This document shows, piece after piece, positions 19,005 through 29,517 of a stretch of DNA of 64,000 bases; the first letter of the stretch is position 1; the number at the start of each line of letters is the position of its first letter. Both the position numbers and the translations under genes were made by a program. Source of the DNA: Patescibacteria group bacterium (GTDB taxonomy: Bacteria > Patescibacteriota > Minisyncoccia > Phycocordibacterales > CAIZLB01); the NCBI GenBank assembly GCA_040386515.1, contig JAZKFG010000005.1:9313-73312 (forward strand). Direction: 5' to 3'. A model generated the notes under the pieces. That model searched no databases. It was not told where the DNA came from and was given only the letters and a program-made list of their open reading frames with translations.

Positions 19005-21695
19005 TTACTCGCCAACCTCAACTTTTTCCTTCTTTGCTTTAGCAGTCGCAAATGAACTTTTCTTCGTATCAAACTTTAGATTGCCTTCTTTATCCATATC
19101 AATTGTTACTTTAGCATTCTCTCGTAGACCTTCTGTAATCATCATCGAGGCAAGAGGTGTTAGAACTTTTGACTGAATCAATCGTCGTAGCGGTCGAGCA
19201 CCGTATTGTGGACTATACCCTTCTTTAGCAAGATAATCGTACACTGATGATTTGAACTCAAGGGTAATCTCTTTCTCAGCAAGCCGGGCGTGAACTTTCT
19301 GCACTTCAATGTCTACAATTTTTCGAATTGCTTCAGGACCAAGAACATCAAAGAGCACAATCTCATCAAGTCGGTTTAAGAATTCTGGCTTAAAGCTTTC
19401 TTTAAGTGCATCCATCACCTTATCTTTCATGCCATTATAGTTTTGCTTATCATCTTGTGAAGAGGCAAAACCAATATTTTGCATACGATCAATATATTGA
19501 GCACCAATGTTTGATGTCATGATAATAATTGTATTTTTAAAGTTCACTGTTCTTCCCTTTGAATCTGTCAGACGTCCGTTATCAAGAACCTGAAGTAAAA
19601 TGTTAAATATATCCGGATGAGCCTTTTCAATCTCATCGAACAGGATTACTGAATACGGTTTATGTTTAACTTTATCTACCAGTGTTCCACTATCTTCGTG
19701 ACCAACATATCCTGGTGGCGCTCCGATAATCTTAGACACCGTGTGACGCTCACTAAACTCTGACATATCTACTCTGATCAATGATTTCTCATCATCAAAC
19801 ATAAAGTTTGCCAATGCTTTTGTAAGTTCAGTCTTTCCTACTCCAGTTGGACCTAAGAATATAAATGAACCGATAGGTCGAAGCGGATCATGAATACCAA
19901 CTCGTGATCGCTTAATAGTATCAACTACTCGCTTTACGGCATCATCCTGCCCTATTACCTGGCCTTTAAGAACTTCTTCCATTCGCGCAAGCTTCAACAC
20001 TTCTTCTTCAAGCATGCTTGTAACAGGGATACCTGTCCATCGAGCAACAACCTGTGCGATATCAGCTTCATTGATTTCTTCTTTAAGAATTCTTTTTTCA
20101 GAATCCATTTTTCGAAGTTTTTTAAGCTTATTCTCAAGATCTTTTTCTAGGAATGGAAGTTTGCCGTATCGAATCTCTGCAGCCTTTGCAAGATCAGCCC
20201 GAGCTTCTGCTCGCTCTGCTTCTTGTCTCAATGTTTCCAATGTCTTTTTAATTTCTTTAATGGCATTGATAGCTTCTTTCTCACCAATCCATTTTGCTTC
20301 AACATCTTTAACGTCATCTTTAACATTGGCAATACTATTTTCAATATCGCGAATACGATCTTTAGTTACTTTGTTTTCAGGATCTTTTCGTAATGCCTCT
20401 CGCTCAATCTCAAGACGCATAATCTTTCTATGAGCATCTTCTACTACCTGAGGTTTATTTTCAAGAGAAATTTTCAGTGTTGAGGCAGCTTCATCAATAA
20501 GATCAACTGCCTTATCAGGAAGCTGTCTATCTGTAATATATCGACTTGATAGTTTTACTGCAGCAACAATTGCCTCATCGAGAATTCGCACTCCATGGAA
20601 TAATTCATACTTATCTTTAAGACCTCGTAGAATTGCAGTGGCATCTTCTATACTCGGCTCATCAACATATACAGGCTGGAATCGTCGCTGCATTGCAGGA
20701 TCTTTTTCAATATGTTTTTGATACTCTCGAAGTGTTGTAGCACCGATTGCTTTAAGTTCACCTCGTGAAAGTGCTGGCTTTAGCATGTTTGAAGCATCAA
20801 GAGATCCTTCTGCTCCACCTGCACCCATAATAGTATGAGTTTCATCGATGAAAATAAGAATTCGTCCGTCAGCTTTTTCAACTTCTTTTAAAATACTTTT
20901 TAGTCTGTCTTCAAATTCTCCTCTGTACTTTGTACCAGCAACCAAAGTTCCCATATCAAGAGAAAGTAATTCTTTGTCTTTCAAAGATTCTGGCACATCT
21001 CCCATAGCAATACGATTTGCTAATCCTTCTACGATTGCAGTCTTTCCAACTCCCGCTTCTCCGAGAAGTATTGGATTGTTTTTTGTTCTTCGTGAAAGAA
21101 TTTGTATTACTCTACTGATCTCTGCATCTCGTCCAATTACAGGATCAAGCTTATGCTCTCGAGCAAGTGCTGTTAAGTTACGAGTGTATTTCGCAAGAGC
21201 TTTTGTTTTCTTTTCACCTCCTTGTGCAGATGCTGTTCCTGAACCTTTTTGTGACTTCAAAGATTCAAGTGCTTTCATGCATGCTTCTTTATCTATTTTA
21301 AATTTTTCAATCAACTCTCGTGCTGGGTTTAATGAATCAAAAAAAGCAATGAACAAATGTTCAACTGATACAAAGTTATCTTTAGTCTGAGTAGCGACCA
21401 ATCCTGATGATTCTATAACCTGAGCAAGCTCTGGAGTAAGGAAAAGCTGGTACGCTGGACTTAATGTATTTGAAGATTCTCCGCCATCAATTGCCTCTAG
21501 GGCATTATCAAACATGAGGGGGTAATCAACCTCCAGTTTTTCAAGTAAAGTCACCACTAAAGAGTCTTCTTGATTTAACAAAGAAGCCAATAAGTGCATA
21601 GGCTGGACGTTGGTTTGTCCCCTTTCAATAGCAAGCTCGTGCGCTCGGCGAATCGCCTCTTTCGCACGTGTTGTAAAATGGTTTAGAGGTGGCAT
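19005..21695 (-). CDS. clpB: ATP-dependent chaperone ClpB (AAA+ disaggregase)
   Basis: 896 aa with a Clp N-domain, two AAA+ modules (GEAGVGKT and GPTGVGKT Walker A motifs) and a coiled-coil middle domain. Confidence 0.95.
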   Translation of the reverse strand: MPPLNHFTTRAKEAIRRAHELAIERGQTNVQPMHLLASLLNQEDSLVVTLLEKLEVDYPLMFDNALEAIDGGESSNTLSPAYQLFLTPELAQVIESSGLVATQTKDNFVSVEHLFIAFFDSLNPARELIEKFKIDKEACMKALESLKSQKGSGTASAQGGEKKTKALAKYTRNLTALAREHKLDPVIGRDAEISRVIQILSRRTKNNPILLGEAGVGKTAIVEGLANRIAMGDVPESLKDKELLSLDMGTLVAGTKYRGEFEDRLKSILKEVEKADGRILIFIDETHTIMGAGGAEGSLDASNMLKPALSRGELKAIGATTLREYQKHIEKDPAMQRRFQPVYVDEPSIEDATAILRGLKDKYELFHGVRILDEAIVAAVKLSSRYITDRQLPDKAVDLIDEAASTLKISLENKPQVVEDAHRKIMRLEIEREALRKDPENKVTKDRIRDIENSIANVKDDVKDVEAKWIGEKEAINAIKEIKKTLETLRQEAERAEARADLAKAAEIRYGKLPFLEKDLENKLKKLRKMDSEKRILKEEINEADIAQVVARWTGIPVTSMLEEEVLKLARMEEVLKGQVIGQDDAVKRVVDTIKRSRVGIHDPLRPIGSFIFLGPTGVGKTELTKALANFMFDDEKSLIRVDMSEFSERHTVSKIIGAPPGYVGHEDSGTLVDKVKHKPYSVILFDEIEKAHPDIFNILLQVLDNGRLTDSKGRTVNFKNTIIIMTSNIGAQYIDRMQNIGFASSQDDKQNYNGMKDKVMDALKESFKPEFLNRLDEIVLFDVLGPEAIRKIVDIEVQKVHARLAEKEITLEFKSSVYDYLAKEGYSPQYGARPLRRLIQSKVLTPLASMMITEGLRENAKVTIDMDKEGNLKFDTKKSSFATAKAKKEKVEVGE

Positions 21696-21715
21696 ATTTT
21701 GAGTATAACATGGGT

Positions 21716-21772
21716 GTCAAATTTTTGACCTTTTTAACACAAATGTCACTCTTATATTATACAAGAGTGACA
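21716..21772. promoter_or_regulatory. Two palindromic operators in the clpB upstream region
   Basis: GTCAAA-tt-TTTGAC lies at 21716-21729. A perfect 10-bp inverted repeat TGTCACTCTT-N9-AAGAGTGACA lies at 21744-21772, and its spacer contains a TATAAT on the clpB strand. The second site resembles the CIRCE class (CACTC-N9-GAGTG core). Confidence 0.4.
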
Positions 21773-21809
21773 TGAAGTATTTGTGAAGTTTTGAAATCAA
21801 ATTATTTCT

Positions 21810-23555
21810 TTATACTCTATCTTTAATTTCCTTTAGCAATTCTTCAATCATTTGATCAAGATGCACAGGATCTTTTTTACCATCTCTACCTTCAAGAGCC
21901 ATAAGCTCAGCTTCCATTTCCTTATCTCCAATCACTAGATTGTATGGAATTCGCTCTGTCTTTGATGCTCGAACTTTTTTACCAAGACTGTCTCCTGAAT
22001 CATCTAGCTCAACTCGTATGCCGGCTGCTTTCATTTTTGCATATACCGCATCTGCAAAATGAGCCTGTCTCTCACCTATTGGAATAATCTTAACTTGAAC
22101 CGGTGAAAGCCATACTGGAAAATGTCCGGCATAGTGTTCAATCATCACACTTAAGAATCTTTCAATAGAACCCATAATTGCAACGTGTAGCATTACAATA
22201 TCTTCTTTTTCTCCTTTTTCATTAATACAGAAAAGCTCAAATCTTTTTGGCATTACAAAGTCTAGCTGTATTGTTGCAACTTGATGATTTCGTCCGATTG
22301 CATCCTTTGCCATGAAGTCAATTTTAGGACCGTAAAATGCTGCTTCACCTGGACCATCAATACTTTTTGAAACATTCGATTCGATTACTTTTTTCAATGT
22401 ATCCTCAGCAATATCCCAGTTTTTCACATCTCCAAGATATTTTTCTGGAGTTTCAGGATCTCGTCGAGACAATCGAGGAACAATTTGATTAAATCCAAAA
22501 GTAGAATAAAAATCAAAGATAATTTTCCACACACTTTTAATCTCTTCATCAATCTGATTCACTCGGCAGAATACGTGGGCATCGTCTTGTGTAATACAAA
22601 GCACTCGTGAAAGTCCTGACAATTCTCCTGACTGCTCATCTCTATATACTGCTGTTGTCTCACAATATCTCTGCGGCATATCTCTATAACTTCGCATCTG
22701 TGAATCGAAAATCTGTGTATGGTGCGGACAGTTCATCGGCTTCATAACATACTCGTGATTTTCTCTTGTTGTAATTTTAAACAAGTCATCTTTATATTTA
22801 TCCCAATGACCTGACTTCTGATACAACTCTTTTTTAGTAATGTGAGGAATTGAAACTTTCTGATATCCATATTTTGATCGAAGCTCCATAACATAATCAT
22901 TTAAAAGCTCTCGAAGAATTGTTCCCTTTGGAGTCCACAGTGGTAGTCCAGGTCCAACAAGCTCAGAAAATGTAAACAACCCCATTTCTTTTCCAAGCTT
23001 CTTATGATCTCTCTTCTTCGCCTCTTCAAGATTGAATATATATGTATCCAATTCATCTTTTGTAGAAAATGCCAAACCGTAAATTCGTGTAAGCATTTTA
23101 TTTTTCTCATCCCCTCTCCAATATGCTCCAGCAATTCGAGTAATTTTAAAACTCTCTGGATCAATAATTTTCATGCTTGATACATGACCACCTCGGCAAA
23201 GATCAGTAAAATCACCTGATGTATATAGAGTGATTTCTTCACCTCGAGAAACAATACCTTCAATAAGCTCAAGTTTGTATGGATTACCTGCAAATATTTC
23301 CCGTGCTTCATCAGCTGAAACTGTTCGCGCAATAAAACCATCCCATATTGGCAAAAGATTTTTCATAACGGCCTCAATCTTAGGAAGATCCTCCTCCGTA
23401 ACCTTAGCCATATCAATATCATAGTAAAAACCATCATCCACAGCAGGACCTAGGGTAATCTGTGCGGTTGGATATAGCTTTAAAACGGCCGCACCAAGAA
23501 GGTGTGCCAATGAATGTCTAATATGTTCTATTGGTTCTGTATTCATATTTTCCAT
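21810..23555 (-). CDS. thrS: Threonyl-tRNA synthetase (lacks the N-terminal TGS domain)
   Basis: 581 aa with an N2 editing domain (HSLAHLLG), a class II catalytic core and a C-terminal anticodon-binding domain. Confidence 0.9.
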   Translation of the reverse strand: MENMNTEPIEHIRHSLAHLLGAAVLKLYPTAQITLGPAVDDGFYYDIDMAKVTEEDLPKIEAVMKNLLPIWDGFIARTVSADEAREIFAGNPYKLELIEGIVSRGEEITLYTSGDFTDLCRGGHVSSMKIIDPESFKITRIAGAYWRGDEKNKMLTRIYGLAFSTKDELDTYIFNLEEAKKRDHKKLGKEMGLFTFSELVGPGLPLWTPKGTILRELLNDYVMELRSKYGYQKVSIPHITKKELYQKSGHWDKYKDDLFKITTRENHEYVMKPMNCPHHTQIFDSQMRSYRDMPQRYCETTAVYRDEQSGELSGLSRVLCITQDDAHVFCRVNQIDEEIKSVWKIIFDFYSTFGFNQIVPRLSRRDPETPEKYLGDVKNWDIAEDTLKKVIESNVSKSIDGPGEAAFYGPKIDFMAKDAIGRNHQVATIQLDFVMPKRFELFCINEKGEKEDIVMLHVAIMGSIERFLSVMIEHYAGHFPVWLSPVQVKIIPIGERQAHFADAVYAKMKAAGIRVELDDSGDSLGKKVRASKTERIPYNLVIGDKEMEAELMALEGRDGKKDPVHLDQMIEELLKEIKDRV

Positions 23556-23599
23556 GGTAGCACGGAGTTAGCACATGGTTCAATGAGTATGCAAACCCC

Positions 23600-23887
23600 C
23601 TAAAGCTTCTTTGCTCTGGGATTGTAGTAATATTTTACATATAGAAACCCAACAAGAAAAAATAAGATGATTTCAAATGGAGTGTTTGAATTCAAGAAAC
23701 TACTTCTTCCAGTACCAGAGGATGGTTTATGATACATAAATATAAATTCAAAATATTTATTGTGTATTTGAAATGTTGATTGAATATATATCAAAAGAAT
23801 CCCAACAGCATACACGAGAATCAACCAAGTTGCTGCAATAAAAATCATATTCTTAAACATTAAAACTCCTTTTTGCTGATTTTTCAT
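23600..23887 (-). CDS. Hypothetical small membrane protein
   Basis: Two predicted TM helices. Confidence 0.35.
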   Translation of the reverse strand: MKNQQKGVLMFKNMIFIAATWLILVYAVGILLIYIQSTFQIHNKYFEFIFMYHKPSSGTGRSSFLNSNTPFEIILFFLVGFLYVKYYYNPRAKKL

Positions 23888-23926
23888 ATTTATAGTATAT
23901 CAAAATTAATATGCTAAACTAAATAT

Positions 23927-24175
23927 ATGGATCAAAACAACCCAATCAAAAAAACAGATGATCAATCAGATATTAACAAAACAGATATTATATTAACTGA
24001 TGATGCCATTGAAGAACTCTTGCCTACTGAGGAAGAATTAGCTCTTGAAAAAGACCCTATGACAGAGGCTCAAGCTGAAGAAGAAGTAGGTGCGGACGAA
24101 CCTGTTGAAGAAGGAGGTCAGGTTAATTTCAATGAGGAAGATGAAGAGGATGACAAGCAAAAATCTATCAGTTAG
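23927..24175 (+). CDS. Hypothetical acidic protein
   Basis: 82 aa, very Asp/Glu-rich. Confidence 0.3.
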   Translation: MDQNNPIKKTDDQSDINKTDIILTDDAIEELLPTEEELALEKDPMTEAQAEEEVGADEPVEEGGQVNFNEEDEEDDKQKSIS

Positions 24176-24190
24176 TATACACTGTCCCGT

Positions 24191-25258
24191 ATGAGTGTTC
24201 TCAGAAAAACACATGAAATAATCGACGATTTGCTTTCGGCAATCGATAGTGCACAGAATGAAATTCTGCTGCAGATTTTTTATATTGATAATGATGAAGT
24301 CTTTTCTCGCTTTGTTGAGAAAATGATTGAAAAGTCTATTGCAGGCATTAGAGTATATTGTTTGGTTGATGCATTAGGTGCAGGACAACTCGCAGTTCGA
24401 GGTGTTGAAAAGCGACTGAAGGATGCGGGTGTGCGTGTTGAATATTTTAACTGGCTTACTCCTTGGAAGCGAGGTAATAAAAAGTTTTGGTATTTTAGAA
24501 ATCATAAAAGATCTCTGATTATAGATAACAAAGTAATGCATCTTGGAGGATGGTGTATTGGTGAGAAAACCCAAGACTGGATTGAGGCACATATTGTCAC
24601 TCGCGACATTGATGCTGTTCAAGCTGGAGCCACTGACTTTTGGAATATGTATAAGTATTCTCACAAAACCCAGCTCAAGTTTTCGCATCAGAAAAAGTTT
24701 TTATATACTTCTAGTTCTAATATTGCGTATACCTATCAGGCTCCTCTTTTGAAATCTCGCTTCATTTACTACACGCATAAAAAGCTTGTTCAAAATACTC
24801 AAAATCGCATTGTACTTATAACTCCATATTTCTCCCCTATTCACGGATTAATTCACGCAGGATATGAGGCTCGAAAAAGAGGCGTGTCTATTGATATTTA
24901 CATACCAGAAAAAACAGATCACCATTTTGTAGATCTTGTTGCCAAAACATATATTCATAAATTATTGAAAGCCGGAGCAAATGTATATCTTTCGAAAACA
25001 ATGATTCATGCAAAAGTGTGTTTGTTTGATAACACTGCATATATTGGAACCATGAACCTTGATACTATTTCTCTTCGATACAATTTTGAAAATGGATTAT
25101 TCACTCGTCAAAAAGAAACTATTACCGAACTCGAGCAGGACTTGATTATCCTTCAAAGTCAGTGTGAGAAAATAGATTTAGTTGAATGGGAAAAAAGAAT
25201 GACGTGGTTTCAAAAGCTTTTAGGAAGAGTTATGAAAGTGTTGAGACCTTTTGTATAA
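24191..25258 (+). CDS. Phospholipase D-family protein (cardiolipin synthase-like)
   Basis: Two HxK(x4)D motifs: NHKRSLIIDNKVMHLGGWCIG and IHAKVCLFDNTAYIGTMNLD. Confidence 0.65.
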   Translation: MSVLRKTHEIIDDLLSAIDSAQNEILLQIFYIDNDEVFSRFVEKMIEKSIAGIRVYCLVDALGAGQLAVRGVEKRLKDAGVRVEYFNWLTPWKRGNKKFWYFRNHKRSLIIDNKVMHLGGWCIGEKTQDWIEAHIVTRDIDAVQAGATDFWNMYKYSHKTQLKFSHQKKFLYTSSSNIAYTYQAPLLKSRFIYYTHKKLVQNTQNRIVLITPYFSPIHGLIHAGYEARKRGVSIDIYIPEKTDHHFVDLVAKTYIHKLLKAGANVYLSKTMIHAKVCLFDNTAYIGTMNLDTISLRYNFENGLFTRQKETITELEQDLIILQSQCEKIDLVEWEKRMTWFQKLLGRVMKVLRPFV

Positions 25259-26462
25259 CCTGAACAATCTTTCTTACATGTTTCCATGTTGTTCCTTGTC
25301 CCAAACTGATTCTAAGACTTGACCCTCCGCAATCTTTCCCGAGTGCGTCTACCACAAAAGACCTAGATTCTTCTTGTGAATTTTGACATGCGGTTACTGC
25401 TGACACTTCTACTCCTGCAACGTCAGCTTGAAATACTGCAAATTCAGAATCAATTCCAGGAATGCAAATATTAATATTATTTACAATTCGTGAATCTCGC
25501 TCAAGCGAACCATTTACAAAAACATGTTCTGGCAAATTGCTGAATATAAATTCTTGCATTGGAGCAATTCTTTTTACTTCGCTTTCTCTTTTTTTGAAAA
25601 CATTTTTCAAAGCTAAAGCAAATCCAGCAATGCTTGGAAGATTTTCTGTGCCTGCGCGCAATTCCATCTCCTGTCCACCACCTTTATATATTGATGAAAT
25701 CTTTGTTCCTCGTTTTACATACAAACATCCAATTCCTCGTGGACCGTATATTTTTCCTCCGTCTAGCGTAAGTAAATCAACTCCGAGTTTGTCAATTGGC
25801 ATGTCAAGATAACATGGTGCCTGACATGCATCAGTATGAAAATATGGATAGGCGCTTTCAGAATTCTTTCTATACCCTCTTACCATTCGAGCAATATCTT
25901 TAAGAGGTTGAATTGTTCCGATTTCATTATTTACAAGCATTATAGAAACGAGAATAATATTTTTCTCTGTTTCAAAAACTTTTTTCAATTCAGACAAGTC
26001 AACAACTCCTTCTGCATCTACAGATACAAAACTTGCAGAAACTTTCCCTTTCTTAACTAAGCTCTCAACAACTTTTTTAACCGCAGGATGTTCTATGACA
26101 GAAGTGACAATATGCGGAATAACAGAATTGGTCTCATACCAAGCCTCTACCACCCCAAGAATTGCCATATTGTTTGACTCTGTTCCGCTTCCTGTAAAGA
26201 AAATCTCATCAGAATGGACACTGTTGGCCGATGTACCTGACAGGAGCATTGAAACCTCTTTTCGGCTACTTTCGAGCATTTTCTTAGCTTGTACTGCCGA
26301 TCCGTACAATGCTCCTGGGTTTTTGTCGTAATTCTTATAGATATTAGACATTAACGATAAAACATTGTCACTTATGGGTGTGAGAGTCGCGTAGTCAGCG
26401 TAAATCTTTTTTGAAGGCCGTTTTGACGGCCGAAATGGGTAAAAAATCCTTGAAAACATTGT
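25230..26462 (-). CDS. Class V aminotransferase-fold cysteine desulfurase-like protein
   Basis: PLP-Lys region LDGGKIYGPRGIGCLYV and an active-site-Cys-like SAVTACQNSQ. The track ORF extends to 26603 and overlaps infB, so the start is set at the internal Met (MFSRIF). Confidence 0.6.
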   Translation of the reverse strand, partial: TMFSRIFYPFRPSKRPSKKIYADYATLTPISDNVLSLMSNIYKNYDKNPGALYGSAVQAKKMLESSRKEVSMLLSGTSANSVHSDEIFFTGSGTESNNMAILGVVEAWYETNSVIPHIVTSVIEHPAVKKVVESLVKKGKVSASFVSVDAEGVVDLSELKKVFETEKNIILVSIMLVNNEIGTIQPLKDIARMVRGYRKNSESAYPYFHTDACQAPCYLDMPIDKLGVDLLTLDGGKIYGPRGIGCLYVKRGTKISSIYKGGGQEMELRAGTENLPSIAGFALALKNVFKKRESEVKRIAPMQEFIFSNLPEHVFVNGSLERDSRIVNNINICIPGIDSEFAVFQADVAGVEVSAVTACQNSQEESRSFVVDALGKDCGGSSLRISLGQGTTWKHVRKIVQVIQKVSTLS

Positions 26463-26475
26463 GTTTTTTCTATAA

Positions 26476-28776
26476 ATGTGTATTATAATGTATACCATGA
26501 CAGTCAATAATAATCCACAGTCAGAAGATGATTCATTCGGAGGAGCCTTCGGTGGTGCTTTTGGTGGAGCGTTCGAAGTTAAGTTCAATAGTGATGGATC
26601 CACGTCTAAAGTAGCAGCAACAGAGAAAGAAGAAGCTCCTGTTAAGAAAACTGCTCGAAAAACAAAAAAAGATGAGGTTGTTATCGTTAAAAAAGAAGTT
26701 CGGACATCTTCGCGAACATTTGCTGCAGCTGATAGAGTTGCTCCTGCCCCAAAACCTAGTCAATCAACATCCGGAGATTCGTGGATGAAGGATTTTCCAT
26801 TTACATATGAAAAAAATAAGCCGGCAGCAGCACCTGAAACAACAGCCCCTGTTGCACAAACTCCAGCACCTCAAGTTGCCCCAGAGCCAGTTCGAGTTAC
26901 TCCAACATACGTTTCTTCTCCTGCCCCAACTCCATTTAAATCTAAAATAATCACACCAGAAGAAAAAAAGAAAAATCTAGAAGCCGCAGCTGCTGCAGCA
27001 CCTATAGCAAAAGCAGCAAGTGATGACCGAGGTACTGCATTTGCAAAAACATTCCTTAAAGGATCAGGTATAAAACATAAACCGCGTCCGACAACATCTG
27101 GACCAAGTACATACAAACCATCCGGACCGTCAAGACCTTACTACGAACCACGAGTACGAAGAACTAAAGTTAAAAACGCTCCGACACTTAAAACTCGAAT
27201 TAGTGGAAAATCAAATCAAAATGTTCTTGAAGTTAAAAAGCATATTGGTGCTGATGTAAAAGCCAAAGCTCCGGTTGTAGTAATCATGGGTCACGTTGAT
27301 CACGGAAAATCAACATTGCTTGATTATATTCGAAGTGCAAATACTGCAGATCGAGAGGTTGGAGGTATTACACAAAAGATGTCTGCATACGAAATAGTTC
27401 ACAATGGCAATCCAATTACTTTTTTGGATACACCAGGACACGAAGCATTTAACTCTATGAGAACACGAGGTGCACGAGCAGCAGATATTGCAGTGCTTGT
27501 TGTATCAGCAGAAGATGGCGTAAAACCTCAGACACTTGATGCGCTTGCCTCTATTCAAGAAGCTGGTGTTCCCTTTTGTATTGGGGCAAGTAAAATAGAC
27601 AGAGAAGGAGCTGATATTGAAAAGACAAAACAATCTCTTGCAGAAAATAGTATTTTCGTTGAAGGATACGGTGGAGATATTTCTATTATTCCTTTTTCAG
27701 GAAAGACAGGAAAAGGAGTTGATGATCTTTTGGATATGATTTTACTTATGGCTGAAGTTGCAGATCTTACAGCTGAGTATGATGTTCCGGCAGAATGTCT
27801 TGTTATCGAATCAGGACGAGATAAAGTTAGAGGAATTCACGCAACACTTATTGTAAAAAACGGAGAGCTTGTTACTGGATCATTTTTAGTATCAGGAGGC
27901 GAGATTTCACCAGTGCGAATTATGGAAAATTATGAAGGAAAAGCAATTAAGAAAGCTATTCCAGGACAGCCTGTACGAATTGTAGGATGGACTGATGCAC
28001 CTCAGGTTGGTGACATGTGTATTATGTGTCGAGACAAAGAGTCAGCAGAAGTTCTTGCAGCAGAACAAAAAGAGTTGCTAGCCCTTGGTGCAGAAATGGA
28101 TGGAACAAATAAGACAAAGCCAAATCCTCAAGTAAACATTCGAGCAATGTATGGTCTTGAAAAAGATGATACATGGACACTTCCCCTTGTACTTAAGGCA
28201 GACAGTGTTGGAACCCTTGATGCAGTAAAGCAAGAGATCGCAAAGATTCAGCTTGATCGAATTATTGTTCGAGTTATTCGAGCAGAGACTGGAGATATTA
28301 ATGAAAATGATATTAAGCTCGCACAAGGCAGTAAGGATTCTATAGTTCTTGGCTACAATACAAAAATTGATGCACAAGCTCGACGTGTTGCCGAAACTCA
28401 GAAAACCACAGTTGAAACATTTGATATTATTTACAAGCTTACAGAATGGGTTACCGAAGAAGCAAAGAAGCGAGCACCTAAAGTTACAAGTGAAGAATCT
28501 CATGGTCAGCTTAAAGTTCTTAAGACATTTAGTATTAATAAGAACAAGCAAGTTATGGGAGGAAAAGTTGAAACTGGAAAACTATCTCTCGGTGATACTG
28601 TTAAAATTCTTCGACGAGACAATGAAATTGGTCAAGGAACAATTGTTGAATTGCAGCAAATGCGAGCTGCAGTTAAAAGCGTTGAGGCTGAAAATGAATG
28701 TGGACTTATGGTTGAATCAAAAATAGAAATTGTAAGTGGAGACGTTCTCTCAGCTGTATCGATTGTAGAAAGATAA
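26476..28776 (+). CDS. infB: Translation initiation factor IF-2
   Basis: 766 aa. A low-complexity N-terminal region is followed by a GTPase domain ([17 protein letters not shown]) and C-terminal IF-2 domains. The exact start is uncertain. Confidence 0.9.
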   Translation: MCIIMYTMTVNNNPQSEDDSFGGAFGGAFGGAFEVKFNSDGSTSKVAATEKEEAPVKKTARKTKKDEVVIVKKEVRTSSRTFAAADRVAPAPKPSQSTSGDSWMKDFPFTYEKNKPAAAPETTAPVAQTPAPQVAPEPVRVTPTYVSSPAPTPFKSKIITPEEKKKNLEAAAAAAPIAKAASDDRGTAFAKTFLKGSGIKHKPRPTTSGPSTYKPSGPSRPYYEPRVRRTKVKNAPTLKTRISGKSNQNVLEVKKHIGADVKAKAPVVVIMGHVDHGKSTLLDYIRSANTADREVGGITQKMSAYEIVHNGNPITFLDTPGHEAFNSMRTRGARAADIAVLVVSAEDGVKPQTLDALASIQEAGVPFCIGASKIDREGADIEKTKQSLAENSIFVEGYGGDISIIPFSGKTGKGVDDLLDMILLMAEVADLTAEYDVPAECLVIESGRDKVRGIHATLIVKNGELVTGSFLVSGGEISPVRIMENYEGKAIKKAIPGQPVRIVGWTDAPQVGDMCIMCRDKESAEVLAAEQKELLALGAEMDGTNKTKPNPQVNIRAMYGLEKDDTWTLPLVLKADSVGTLDAVKQEIAKIQLDRIIVRVIRAETGDINENDIKLAQGSKDSIVLGYNTKIDAQARRVAETQKTTVETFDIIYKLTEWVTEEAKKRAPKVTSEESHGQLKVLKTFSINKNKQVMGGKVETGKLSLGDTVKILRRDNEIGQGTIVELQQMRAAVKSVEAENECGLMVESKIEIVSGDVLSAVSIVER

Positions 28777-28787
28777 ATAATATACCT

Positions 28788-29129
28788 ATGAAAAAAACAA
28801 ACAACATACGAAGTAAAGAAGTAACACGAGGACGAGGAACATCAATTGTACGAAAGTTAGTTGATGAGTATATTACTCGTAACTCAGGAGGTCAGTCATT
28901 GATTACAGTAACATCTATTGAACAAGCAGATAGAAGTAATAATGTACTTATTCGAGTAAGCGTTCTTCCTGAAACTCAAGAAAATGCAGTGGTTGATTTT
29001 CTTGAAAGAAATGCATCTGATATGCGAAATTATATCAAAGAAAATTCACGATTAGGCATGCTCCCTTTCCTTTCTTTTGAAATTGATAAGGGTGAAAAAC
29101 ACCGACAAAGTATTTTTGAGATTATATAG
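28788..29129 (+). CDS. rbfA: Ribosome-binding factor A
   Basis: 113 aa lying directly downstream of infB, which is the conserved arrangement. The sequence carries the KH-like RbfA core. Confidence 0.7.
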   Translation: MKKTNNIRSKEVTRGRGTSIVRKLVDEYITRNSGGQSLITVTSIEQADRSNNVLIRVSVLPETQENAVVDFLERNASDMRNYIKENSRLGMLPFLSFEIDKGEKHRQSIFEII

Positions 29130-29165
29130 TTTCGTGCTATATTGGGTGAAGCTGTAGTGTTTATA

Positions 29166-29242
29166 GGGCGCAGTGGCGAAGTGGTTTAACGCGGCAGTTT
29201 GCAAAACTGATATTTCGCCGGTTCAAATCCGGCCTGCGCCTC
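29166..29242 (+). tRNA. tRNA-Cys (anticodon GCA)
   Basis: Acceptor GGGCGCA/TGCGCCT, anticodon loop TTGCAAA, T-arm GCCGG-TTCAAAT-CCGGC. Confidence 0.7.
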
Positions 29243-29260
29243 CTGTTGGATAAAATAGTC

Positions 29261-29343
29261 GCCTTGGTGGTGGAATGGTAGACACGAGAGACTTAAAATC
29301 TCTTAGCAGCAATGCTGTGCGGGTTCGAGTCCCGCCCGAGGCA
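29261..29343 (+). tRNA. tRNA-Leu (anticodon TAA), class II long variable arm
   Basis: Acceptor GCCTTGG/CCGAGGC, anticodon arm AGAGA-CTTAAAA-TCTCT, T-arm GCGGG-TTCGAGT-CCCGC. Confidence 0.8.
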
Positions 29344-29394
29344 CATAACAAGAAAGAGTATCCGAAAGGATACTCTTTCCATATTAGCCGAGGG

Positions 29395-29501
29395 AAAAGT
29401 CTGTAAGACTTTTAGGGATTCGAAAAGCTTTACGATGTTTGTGAGGACCTCTGGTCCGAATCAAACCGTAAAGGTGTACTGAAGCTGTAAGCTTCGAGTC
29501 C
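29395..29501 (+). ncRNA. Candidate structured RNA element in the tRNA-Cys/tRNA-Leu trailer (copy A; homologous to 59344-59456)
   Basis: Two hairpins with covarying stems, a closing helix GGATTC/GAGTCC, and conserved blocks CGAAAAGCTTT, TTGTGAG and AAAGGTGTACTGA shared with the tRNA-Lys trailer. Confidence 0.35.
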
Positions 29502-29517
29502 ATGTTATACTCTTCAT

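Noticed and set aside
25230-26603. 457-aa form of the cysteine desulfurase-like gene with an N-terminal [11 protein letters not shown] extension overlapping infB
   Set aside because: The extension is low-complexity and would overlap the divergent infB start region by more than 100 nt. The start was moved to the internal Met at 26462, although this remains uncertain.
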